Assembly: GCA_048013815.1 (NCBI GenBank)
Contig: CM106585.1
Span: forward strand, 4,650,001-4,714,000
DNA: 64,000 bases
Reading direction: 5' to 3'
Source: Setoptus koraiensis
Lineage: Eukaryota > Animalia > Arthropoda
Positions within the stretch are counted from its first letter, which is position 1. Each line of letters starts with the position of its first letter. Positions 12,648 through 23,600 of the stretch are shown here, in pieces. Below the pieces are notes generated by a model that ran no database searches, was not told the DNA's origin, and saw only the letters and a list, made by a program, of their open reading frames with translations. A program made the position numbers and the translations under genes.

Positions 12648-14598
12648 GATATCTCTGTGATATGACGCATAGCGAGACGAAGAGAAGCAAAGTTGTTAAA
12701 CGGCGGCGTGAGTTGGCAGCTCTCACCAGCTCTCGCCGGCTCTCACCAGGTAGCGAATGCCATCGACAGGTAGGAATTGCAATTGGCGGGCGTGGCGCTG
12801 CGAGTTCATTGTCATGTTCGTCAGCGTTTATAAATAGCATTATAAGTGGCATTATGCTATTATTTATATATAGTTATAGTTGTATAGTTATATAGTTGTA
12901 GTCGTATAGTTTCAGCATTGTGCGCCAGTTATGTTGACACCTGTAATTATGATGACAATCGGATGACAGATGGACGGACAATTGTCATGGTGACACATGA
13001 CAATGAGTCGCTGTTGCCGCTTAATCGCATTTGAATGTTGACACCTCTGTCGGTGTCAGAGTGGCTCTTGAATTGCTGCTGCTGCTGCTGCCGTTGAAAC
13101 ATAACAGTTAGCTACAGGTAAAGCGAGCAACTTTGCCTGCAAACTGTCGGCCAAGGTGATGATTATAATCATCGACACATACCTTATACGACTGTACGCA
13201 AGCCATCTCGTGCTAACATGGCCAGTTGATTGACAAGCAATTGAACAGGTAATGGCCAGTTTAGCGATATGGCCGCTCACTCTGTTTCAATGCCATTTTA
13301 ATTGATCAGTTTGATTTGATAATAGCTTCCTTTGTTCCAGGTGACACACACACACACACACAATCTCGTTGCATTCTGCTTGTGAGGATTGTTGCGGATC
13401 GTGTATCACATTGTATAGATTATTGCATTGTATGGATTATTGCATCAGGTAGGTGTAGTAGCGGCGCCCGGTGAGTTGGCCGTCGGTGTTGGCTTGCGAA
13501 GTTAATTCAATCGGACACACCAACGACACCACCACGTCTCGACAGCTGGCGATACCCCGGCAATACCTCGGGCGCTTGCCGGTCATCGCTCAATGATGCA
13601 TGCGAATTGGCGCGAATATGTCGGCCCATCGGCGACTGTTGCCGATCGGCGATTGTTGGCCAGCGTATCGGTGGTCCGGCTAATCGCATTTGTTTGTAAT
13701 GAAGCATTCAACAACAACAGCAACAAATTGGCTTGTCTTGGCACGGCCAATCCAACAAGCGCCAACAAGCAACAACCAGCGAGCAACAACCAGCGAGCAA
13801 CAACCAGCGACAGGCAACAACCGGCAAGCATCACGCTCGTCATTGGTGGTCTAGAGGAATTATTCTCAATTATTTGGCGTTATACGCTACGACTACAATT
13901 GTGGCAACTTGCTGTTACCTGTTTGCTGCTCACCAGTAATTGGCTATTTGTTTTGGTTGATATGGCAACGTGATCGGCCGGCCGGCCGGCATGTTATTAC
14001 AATGATTCACAGCTTGACGCTTCGCCATGTTGCCTTGTGTCCATCACGGCTACGCAAGCTTGTTGTTGTAGGCATGTTGTGTAAGAATGTTTGTTGATGG
14101 TCGCTTGATTTTGCATAGTTCACTTTGGGAATTATCAGCACACTAATGTGTTGATAATTCTGGTTGCAACAACACAAACTCACTTGTGAGTAATAGTAAT
14201 AATAATAATGTAATAATAGTAATAATAAGTAACAAAACAACACACTGCTCCGCAAAAGTGCTGCCAACATCCGTCTAGTTCGCGTCCGTTTCTGGCTCAC
14301 CAATGTTCCAATGTTGTTCTCATCAAATTGTGCTGTTGGATACCTCACAATTATACTCGTGTGCCTTACCTGTGCTCGAGCTACACCTCTCTCGACCGTG
14401 ATGATCCATCATTCGCGAATCGCCAAACCATCCACAAAACCATCTTAACTAATCAACTGACTCACCAACTAACCAACTTACTGACGTGTCAATCAAGCTC
14501 AATCAGCTTAAATTGGCCTTGAGATATATGCATTCATGTGTATATATATATATATTAACGAATAACTTATCAACAAATGTTTATTATGTTTATAAATT

Positions 14599-17500
14599 CT
14601 AGCTCTTTAATGAGTACCAAACGCCACTTAAATCGTCTCCCTCTTCTTCCGCTTCTTGGTCTTCCTCAATGATATCCCTCAATGATTGGCCCTTATCACG
14701 CCATGCATCTCTCGCCGTTTCGTTCCTTTTAGTGACGCTCTGATATTGGCGATGGTGCAATAATTTTCCATCATCAAACCATGAACTAACTGGCCTCTTC
14801 TTAGGCGACTCTGTCCATAGATCTATGTTGCCTGTGACGTTGAGATTGTTATCAAAAATGATGTAATTATTTATCACTTGCTTGTCTAGCTGCCGTTGGT
14901 AAGGCGACAATCTAGCGGTGCTGTTTAGCAGGTAACGTTGGCTTAATTTTAAACCGTTAACCAGCTTCACGTGAACATTGCCTAAAACTGTTAGCTTATT
15001 AAAAGATGTCAAGTTGCCTTTCATAAAAAATGATCCACGCTTCATGAGAGTGCCCTCCATTAGATCGGGATATAGTACAGTTTCCTTATGAATATTTTTT
15101 GATTGCTCGCCGTTGCCTGTAAAGTTTGAGCGAGCGAGCCTGCGATCGCAAATTATCCTGCTCTCAGGTATAGCGATTATTTCGGTTACGTTTAATCCAT
15201 CTTCAAAAGTGATACTTGAAAACTTTAAATGAGAGAACACGAAACCATTCACTAGACCTCTGCTGTCTCTAGTGAAAACATTTGATTCAAATATTGCATA
15301 GTTCTCGAATTTGAAATTACTTTTGATTGTTTGAGGCCTACTTTTTGATAGTATTCTAGCTATAAATGGTGAAAATAACTGATTATTAAAGTTATTTGTA
15401 AAAATCTCATCAACTACATTACTACCGTCCAAAACTAGTTGATTCAATGCGATTACTCTATTAGACCCTCCAACAATGTCGAACCACGGATGGATGGCTA
15501 TCCTAGACCGATAAAACGAAACTAAATCTGTTTGGCCAATCGCGTAATTTGATTGAATTCTATTGGCCACAACATGCCATTTTGTATGCATTCCTCTGGT
15601 CAGGGTCACTCGACCGCGGATGACCGCCCCAGAATTGACCGTAACAACATCGGATACAAGAATACCATTAATTTTAGAGTGTAATGGATTTTTCATCTCT
15701 AAGCGTTCCAAAAACCTTAGAGACCTAAAGCTTGATGACGGTCTTCTATCATGGGCATAAGATAAAACCTTATCCAATAACTCCAACGTGTCATCTACAA
15801 CAACTTGTTGCTCGAATCCTTTCGCTGGTACTACCAGATTGTTGACGGTGGTGTGTGATGGCAATAAATTACTAAAAACTAACGTAGTGTGAATAATCTG
15901 AGGGAAGCTTGCGCCTCGAATAGGTATAAGATGTTCCATCCAGTTTTTGACATAGTTGACGGCCGAAAAGTGACAATGATCGGCTTCAACCAAGTTCTCA
16001 AACTTTTTCAAGCCACTATGATGAATAGTAGAGGCTAACCATGGGTTGTTCATATCTTGTATTGCTATATTGTTGATATGGTTGAGATTGTTCGTAAAAT
16101 CAAGTCTGCCAATTGTCAACGGAAATGATATAACTCCTTTGAGATTTGCAGTATGATTGATTAATCTAGATAAAATAACTCCTGGTGCCTTCACATTCTG
16201 TCTGATAGGTCCCATCGTGTCAAAATGTGTTTCCTCTGAAAGTTCCATTCCTGATACTAGATGAACACCATTAACGAAAAAGATTTTAGAGCTTGATTCT
16301 CCTGCCTCGTCTCCACTATGATCGTCTTGAGAGACAGTTAAAATTTCTTGAGGTAAAATTAGGTTACTTGTTGTTCCCGCTACAATAATATTGTTGAACA
16401 GCGGATCGATAATGAAACGCTTGCGACCTTTCACTGTTATTGGCGTGTTAAAAGTTGAAAGCTGACTAGCAGTCATAACATCCCGTGGTATTGAAATACC
16501 GTTCAAATTATCAATCTTAAATTGATTATAGACATTAATGACAGGTTGTTCCAACTCCTCGGAATGGGGCTGTTGTTGGAAACTCAGTTTTGGTATGATG
16601 GCATTTTTGTCTATCCTGACTAGTGATTGTTTTACAAAATCAGCGAATTGATAAATGTTATTGACTAGCTGGCAATCGAGATGGTTGTAAACGTTAATCC
16701 GTCCAAAACTTGTTGCGGTACCCTGGAATTTTTGATGCTGACCAATTTTCATCAAGTAATGATTTTGTTTCAGATGGAGTTGCTTCGCATTGATCGATAT
16801 AAAAGTACTTGGAGAGTGAGCAGCATAAATGACGATAGGACTATTCCTAATGATTAAATTAAGAGACTGGCTTCGACTTGCTTCAATATTCTGCCGAATG
16901 AATAAAAGATTATCTGGTTTCAGGGTGACTCTAGACTGATTATTCTTAATTCTGAATTGATGAGGAGTCTCGTGACTTTGCATTATACTGTCAATTTTAT
17001 TCTCGAGCTGATTTGTGGTTAAACTATGAAAGTGTGACTTGGATCTGACAACAACCACAGAATTGGCGACCGTTTGGTTAATTGAAGCTCGCATCAAATG
17101 ATTGACGTCGCCAAAAGGCTCGAGTCTATTACAGCAAGCACTAGATAGATTTCGCTGAAAGACTACCCCATTGTGAAACGTTTTAGTTCCTTCGAAATAC
17201 CAACGACCACTTCTATCATATTTTACATGATCCGTCCAAGATTGCGGACCAAAAACGCTCTGTATTATGTCGGTCACGGATGTTGTATTGTTTTTGATGT
17301 ATCCAAGTTGGACATTTGTGGCGGAATAAACAGTAGTTATGAAGACGGGTTGTAAGAAATGTTTTATAGAAGTCACTTTTGTAGTAATTCTGTCTTTGAA
17401 AATGTAACTGTCATGATTTTTCCTGATTTTCTCCGTCACCCCGTCGGCAACTCGATGCAATTCTGTCACTTTATGACGAATATTCTCGATAAAATTGTTT

Positions 17501-17796
17501 GCTTTCTTGAACATTCGCTCTATGGAGTGTCTGTCCAGATGAATTTCTCCATCTGTAGTTAATTCTGAAAAGTCAGTCATTGTGGTTGTTGTGGTCCTCT
17601 GTCTGAGTTTACTTGATGGACTCTCCGGAAGAATGATAGAGGCCTCTAGAGCTCTGTTTAATTGGTCGCGTAGGACCGAATATTGTTTCCAACGAGCCTC
17701 TAAGTTAATCTTCCAATGGCTAAGACTACTCTGGGCCGATATCTCTTGGCTAATAAACATCAAGAGCAACAACAATAAAATTGTGAACAATGTCAT
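14599..17796 (-). CDS. Large secreted protein (~1065 aa, intronless), family uncertain
   Basis: The track ORF begins at a TTG. The first ATG (17796) gives MTLFTILLLLLLMFISQEISAQ, a typical signal peptide. 3.2 kb open frame with ordinary composition and recurring (I/V/L)NG(I/V/L/F) motifs. Confidence 0.85.
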   Translation of the reverse strand: MTLFTILLLLLLMFISQEISAQSSLSHWKINLEARWKQYSVLRDQLNRALEASIILPESPSSKLRQRTTTTTMTDFSELTTDGEIHLDRHSIERMFKKANNFIENIRHKVTELHRVADGVTEKIRKNHDSYIFKDRITTKVTSIKHFLQPVFITTVYSATNVQLGYIKNNTTSVTDIIQSVFGPQSWTDHVKYDRSGRWYFEGTKTFHNGVVFQRNLSSACCNRLEPFGDVNHLMRASINQTVANSVVVVRSKSHFHSLTTNQLENKIDSIMQSHETPHQFRIKNNQSRVTLKPDNLLFIRQNIEASRSQSLNLIIRNSPIVIYAAHSPSTFISINAKQLHLKQNHYLMKIGQHQKFQGTATSFGRINVYNHLDCQLVNNIYQFADFVKQSLVRIDKNAIIPKLSFQQQPHSEELEQPVINVYNQFKIDNLNGISIPRDVMTASQLSTFNTPITVKGRKRFIIDPLFNNIIVAGTTSNLILPQEILTVSQDDHSGDEAGESSSKIFFVNGVHLVSGMELSEETHFDTMGPIRQNVKAPGVILSRLINHTANLKGVISFPLTIGRLDFTNNLNHINNIAIQDMNNPWLASTIHHSGLKKFENLVEADHCHFSAVNYVKNWMEHLIPIRGASFPQIIHTTLVFSNLLPSHTTVNNLVVPAKGFEQQVVVDDTLELLDKVLSYAHDRRPSSSFRSLRFLERLEMKNPLHSKINGILVSDVVTVNSGAVIRGRVTLTRGMHTKWHVVANRIQSNYAIGQTDLVSFYRSRIAIHPWFDIVGGSNRVIALNQLVLDGSNVVDEIFTNNFNNQLFSPFIARILSKSRPQTIKSNFKFENYAIFESNVFTRDSRGLVNGFVFSHLKFSSITFEDGLNVTEIIAIPESRIICDRRLARSNFTGNGEQSKNIHKETVLYPDLMEGTLMKRGSFFMKGNLTSFNKLTVLGNVHVKLVNGLKLSQRYLLNSTARLSPYQRQLDKQVINNYIIFDNNLNVTGNIDLWTESPKKRPVSSWFDDGKLLHHRQYQSVTKRNETARDAWRDKGQSLRDIIEEDQEAEEEGDDLSGVWYSLKS

Positions 17797-18125
17797 TGTT
17801 TCGGGAGCTCGTTGTAGCCCCTTTGGCTCCAGTTTTATCGCCGGATAGAATAAATTGATCCACAACCACTACTATTAGCTGATAGTGTGTGTTTAAAAGT
17901 AGTAAATTTTTAATAAATTTAAAACCACTCGTTGTGGGTGAACAACGATACTGATGGTCTTGTATCAATCAATGCGATTGATATCGAAGGTGTATCCATA
18001 TCGTTCCAGTTGACCTGATGATAAACCTTCAAGTGATAATGAAACAAAAACAAAAACAGTAGTAACAACAACAATAACCAGTTTTTTGTTTTGTTTTTTT
18101 GTTTGTTAGACTATTTATTGAAGAA

Positions 18126-18757
18126 TTAGAATATATCGTCGTCGTATGAGACTAACTCCCTCTTTAGATCAAGATCTGGAGCTGGAACATTATTATCCTT
18201 TCTGCTTGCTATTGCAGACCATTTTTGTTCGACCTTTGTATCGCCCGACTTTTGAGTCGATACCAAGTTGGGTGCTCGAGATGGGGGTTTGAAGAGCCTA
18301 ACTGGCGATTTCTCCGCAGGTTTGTCAGAGGGTGAAGGGTTGCCGAAGGTGTCGGCGTTTGAAGGACCTGATAAGCGATCAGGAACTTTTCTTTTGAAAC
18401 CGGAGCCAACAGGCTTCCTCTCTGGTAGCTTTGATGATATTTGAGGCAACGCTCCGGATCTTTTTAATTTTTCAATCACTTTCTTTGCATCTATAGCGCC
18501 CACTTCGTTGGCAGACTTTTTCAATGTGAGGGTGGAGTGAACCACTGTGGGTTCAGGCTTGGCTGATTTCAATTGTATCAATGAAGCTCTCTAGAGGATG
18601 CGGAGTAAATGGAACAATTAGTCACTCAATCTGGTACAGTACAGAAAGCGGCTAGCCTTAGATTAGGTATACTGACCTTTCTTTTTAGTTTTTCATATTT
18701 TCTCCTGAGCGACGTCTCTTCGTCTGTCTCTTCTTTCGGGAAGCAAATGAAGACCAT
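18126..18757 (-). CDS. NELF-E: Negative elongation factor E, RRM-less (181 aa; exons 18757-18677 and 18590-18126)
   Basis: Spliced protein starts MVFICFPKEETDEETSLRRKYEKLKRK|RASLIQLKSAKPEP...KLKRSGALPQI...SGFKR, matching the NELF-E N-terminus as I recall it (fly MVYIHFP...EEEQMLQAKYQKLKKKK). It ends KWSAIASRK...KRELVSYDDDIF, like the conserved NELF-E tail. 86-nt phase-0 GTCAGT...CTCTAG intron with a GACTAAT branch-like site; AATAAA at 18114-18119. Confidence 0.88.
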
Positions 18758-19194
18758 TTTCGTTTGGGATTGGCGAAAATTTTTCTGCTGGCAACTAACC
18801 TCTTTGCCGTATCCAACTTTTGATCAACTTCTTCTAGAAAGAAATAATCATCCAGGAATTGTTTCTGGTCGAATTCGCCCAGCGATACGTATGGAATTCT
18901 GTTACGTTTGCCGTCACAATCAAAGGTATTTTTGTGTTGTTTGCAACACCCGACAGAGCAATAAAGCCGGCTACAGCCTGGACATTTGTATGGACTGTTC
19001 TCCGTTGAGCAGACACAACAGGGCTTGGTGAGTTGGGAATGGAATTTTTGCTCGACAGTGTCCTCTATTTGGCTGTCCTCCGAGTCGGCTATTTCTCCCT
19101 CCTCTAAATCCGAAGAATCGTCCGAGCAGTAATTGGACATCAAATTTTGCAGCCCGCTACTGGATGTGACAGGCGATTGGGGGATATTTTGCAT
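18685..19194 (-). CDS. ZNHIT6: Box C/D snoRNP assembly factor ZNHIT6/Bcd1-like, C-terminally short (169 aa)
   Basis: zf-HIT CCVCSTENSPYKCPGCSRLYCSVGCCKQHK followed by the Bcd1-type DCDGKRNRIPYVSLGEFDQKQFLDDYFFLEEV segment. Confidence 0.85.
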   Translation of the reverse strand: MQNIPQSPVTSSSGLQNLMSNYCSDDSSDLEEGEIADSEDSQIEDTVEQKFHSQLTKPCCVCSTENSPYKCPGCSRLYCSVGCCKQHKNTFDCDGKRNRIPYVSLGEFDQKQFLDDYFFLEEVDQKLDTAKRLVASRKIFANPKRKWSSFASRKKRQTKRRRSGENMKN

Positions 19195-19437
19195 GACAAT
19201 GAGGCTAATGAATTATCACATGTATCGTTTATGTTGTTGAAAAAGAGGGTTACAGGCCGGCAATTGCCATGATTGGCCGTGCGAGAAACAACATGGCTCG
19301 CATATGCTGCAATTGAATTTTGTGAATCTTGCGCAGATGCGCAGAGAGAATTTGCAAAAAGTTCGCCATGTCGTTACTCACACTGTGTGAGTGTGTAATG
19401 GCCAAACAAAAGTAAAAGCGCACGCCGTACAATCGCC

Positions 19438-19440
19438 AAT

Positions 19441-19483
<43 letters not shown>

Positions 19484-19819
19484 CATATATTGTATATAAC
19501 GCACACACACACACACACTTTTAGCAACATGGTGAGTGTGGAACGAAAGCGTGATTCACAGCAAGCGACCAACTAGACAAGCTGGCGGGCAGGGGCGGTC
19601 TGTTGTGGCTGTTGGTGTGTTTGCAGTTGTAGATGGCGTTGGCATTGAGCTGATCGGGCGGCAGGCGTTGTACGAGATTCGATGCGAGTGTGTGTGTGTG
19701 CGCGAGTGTGTGTATGCGCGCCTGCCACTCTGTGTGCGTGCGTGTGTGCGTGTGTGTGGTGCTGTGGTAGCTGTGAGCGGCACCGCACCGCACAGCCACC
19801 CTATAGTTGGTGTGAGCGA

Positions 19820-19888
<69 letters not shown>
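19438..19888. repeat. (CA)n tracts (19438-19518) and (GT)n tracts (19823-19888, plus interspersed) in a putative divergent-promoter region
   Basis: Dinucleotide runs lie between ZNHIT6 (minus strand) and the next plus-strand gene. Confidence 0.85.
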
Positions 19889-19889
<1 letters not shown>

Positions 19890-20621
19890 TGCGAGAGAAG
19901 TGTGTGTGAGTATCAAGCTAGCGGACGAACTGACGAACGATATAAGGAACATCCATTACCAGCACTTGGCTAGCTAACAACGTATATGAATGAATCAACA
20001 CAGCACAACGAGGACGAGGACAAATTTCCACAAGCTTCCACTGCTGCTGCCGTTGCTGCTGCTGCTGCTGTTGCTACTCCTTCTGTGAACATATCATCCC
20101 AATAATTATTATTATTATTACCACCACCACCACCACCATCACCACCACTACTATTACCACCCTTAACATTATTATTATTAATTATACTATTATTCTTATT
20201 ATAACTATTATCACTATTACCATTATCATTATTACTATCTTTACTATCGCCACAACTATTACTATTATTATTGCTATTACTATTACTAATATTACTATTA
20301 TTATTGGTTTCATAATTACTAACAAGCGGCACAAGAGAACGACAGAACGATAATAACTATTATTACCATTATTATTACTATTATTATTACTATTATTATT
20401 GTTTTACACATTACAAACATCGCAACACCAGCGCCAACCTCGTACCAGGAGCAACATTTATCATCGGCATCGACCATTTATACATCGTGATACATTCAAA
20501 ATTATAATAATCAATTCTAGATTATTGTTGTTGTTATACATTATACATTATTAGTTAGTATACACGTACCCATACACACACACACACACTCAACACACAC
20601 ACAAGAGCCATATTTAACGCC

Positions 20622-23600
20622 ATGGACGAAATGATCAATAAACCGGAGGAAGAATTCAAAGAGATACTCGATGTCATTGTTGATTTTTCAAAGCCAGAAA
20701 GCAAAAAGGCGCCCATAATCAAAGAGCTCAGTCGACACACAAGATCCAGAGATTCGTCGTCGGAATTGGGACAGGCCAACAACGGGCCCAACAGAAGAAA
20801 GGCGCCTACATCAGATTGTAACGATATTAGGCCCAAATTAGCCACTGTCTCATCCAATAATACTAACCACTTCCACAACAATAACAACCACAATCATCAT
20901 CACACTAATAATATCAATAACAAAAACAATTCTTCTGATCATCAATATTATCATAAACAACAACAAAATCACCAACACAACAACAATAGTGCTAATTACA
21001 ACAATACCAACGTGGATTCTCCTGCTAATGCTGCTACGGCACCAGCAAACGCCAATGCCGCTCATAATATTAATAATGAACGTCGCAATTTCCACAATCA
21101 CATTGGCACTGGAGGTGCCAATAATACCAAAAGTCAACATTTGAATAATGATAACAACAAATCACAACAAAACACCACTAATAATTATACATACAGTCAC
21201 AAAAACAATAACAATCATAATATGCAATTTGATAAGTCGTCATCCAATAATAAATCGTCCTCATTGTTATCATCATCTACACCACCCACAACAGTAGCAA
21301 GCACTCCAACATCATCATCATCGTCAGCAACAACAACAACCACTAGCATTCATGATAGCCGTTCTGGTTCCAAGTCAAATCAAATACAAACCGTCTCTCA
21401 TGGTAGCCCAAACACAGTCAGCCTGTCCAATCATGCTAACAGATTTACAAAAAGCTCAGGCTACACAGATAGCACCAACACAATAACCACTAACAACAAT
21501 TCCACCAATAGTAATAATAGTGAATCACTAAATCATGTCAAACCTGCCTCAAATAATATTACGTCCAACGCTACCACGAACTATCCTTCTTCTACTAGTA
21601 ACACATCAACAGCAGCAATGGAAAATTGTACACTTAGAAAAACTCAACGTTCTGACGACGATGATAATATTCAATTGGTTGAAATGGAAGATCTCGGAAA
21701 AACAGCCGAACTCATTGAGCCCAGTGAGCGTGAAAAGTATTCAGTCACTTTGGGCTCAGCTAATAAAAATGGTATTATGGGACAAATACCATATGGCCGG
21801 AACAGCGCAGCCAGGTTTATCAATACGGCCTCAGTCAATGAATCTTTGATACCCTATAATCCGTTGGACAACCACAGCCTAACTAGAAATTCTCTGACCA
21901 AGCGTGATATTAAAAAGAGAAGAAAACCTGAAGAGAAAAAGGTATATGCCGATGATATCCCAGGACACATGGGCAATCTGACAGTTGATGAACTAACGCA
22001 ATTCATTGAGGTAAGTAGAGATGCGTTTGACGCCAAAGGTTTGAATGAGAATCTCATATCTCCATTCGATCATCATTGATGGCATGTGTTGTGATGAAGA
22101 CAAACTGCTTGTATTTAAATATCAGCAGTGAGTCTAGTCAAAAAAAAAACTAAATTGATCGTCATCTGTTCGTTTGTGTTGAAATTCTAGGTACGGTGTT
22201 CAGACTTGAACATAACTAGTTAAACAACTTTTCTCTTTCAAGCACGAGCTCTTGATCAGAGCTATCGGCGTAGTCCTTCAGATATATCAAAGCTGAGACT
22301 TCAAGCTGAAATTCTCAAAGCATGTATTCTGTGGATCATACTCACGGATGTGCTTTAATGCCTCTTCTCAATACTCACCTAACCTCTCGAGCATGAGACT
22401 ATTCATTAGTAAATACAGCAGCGTCAACCCTCCTCTTGTGAGCTCTTACACAGATTACTGGCGATTAGGGCGATCACTATCTCCTTTCTGATGGAGCATC
22501 CAGATCACAATTTGCAAGTGCAACAGTAGAGTACTGTTTCAAATATTGCTCCGTCTTCCGATAGTGCCAAACAAATACGATTGATCGTTTTGTGCTGATT
22601 CATTAGATTTATCATTACTATATTTATATATATTGTCCTCCGAGCAAATGCCGATTAGCAGCGCTTATTCCGCCTGTATGATCAATCGTTAATTAGATAA
22701 TCTGAAAGTAATTCTTATCAATTTCAACCAACAAATATTTCTTTCTCTTTTGATGTTGTTTAATAACCAGAATGGAAATAATAGTCCCTCTACCGGCAAG
22801 ACATCTCAGTCCAATAATAGAAACAAATCTAATGGTGGAAACTCATCCAATAACACAACCAATAAAGGCAATACCAAGCATTCTCCAGTGACCACGAACA
22901 CTCAACCAACGACGTGCAATACCAATAATTCTGGAAACAGTAATGCTAGTACCCAAATAAATCAAAGTAATAACAATAACACTAATAGTAGCGGCAGCAG
23001 ACCTATGAAGAAGAAGAAAAAAACAACTAACAGTCAAGCCAGCAGCAACAAAAATAACCATAATAATACAAATAACAACAGTTCCGCAACCAATAATAAT
23101 AATACCAGTCCTTCGAGCAGCACACACGCTAATAGTAATGATAATGATACATTGGATAGTACTATCAACACTTCAACTAGTAGCGATGGTGCAGTGGCAA
23201 CCAGCGTAAATGAGCCTTCAAAACCGAGAACCTACGCCGATATTGCTAAAAATAACAGTCCGTCTCCCGCAAGCTCTACTACAGACACATCCCCACAGCA
23301 TACCAAAAGGAATAGTGATGCGTCCAGCACAGAAGTCTCAACAAAAGGAAGGTCCAAACAGTCTGATGTAGTCAAAGACACAAGGCCCGCGGCCGTCGTA
23401 ACATTTGCAAATCATCTCAACTTCAAAGAGGATGACATGTGTCAAGTACAATTTGGTTTCTTTGATGATATAACTCATAGTAACGCTAAGAACCTCAAGA
23501 ATCACAAGAATATAGCAATTGAAACAGTGGTTGAATTTGTCGAGAACCGTGAAATCAAAAACATCACAACTAGTCCCATTAATGAAAAATACTATTTCAA

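Noticed and set aside
318-14522. Numerous 60-190 aa ORFs with poly-Q/L/T/V/N/C or periodic peptides
   Set aside because: These are translations of micro- and minisatellites in overlapping frames on both strands, with no recognisable domains or coherent exon structure.
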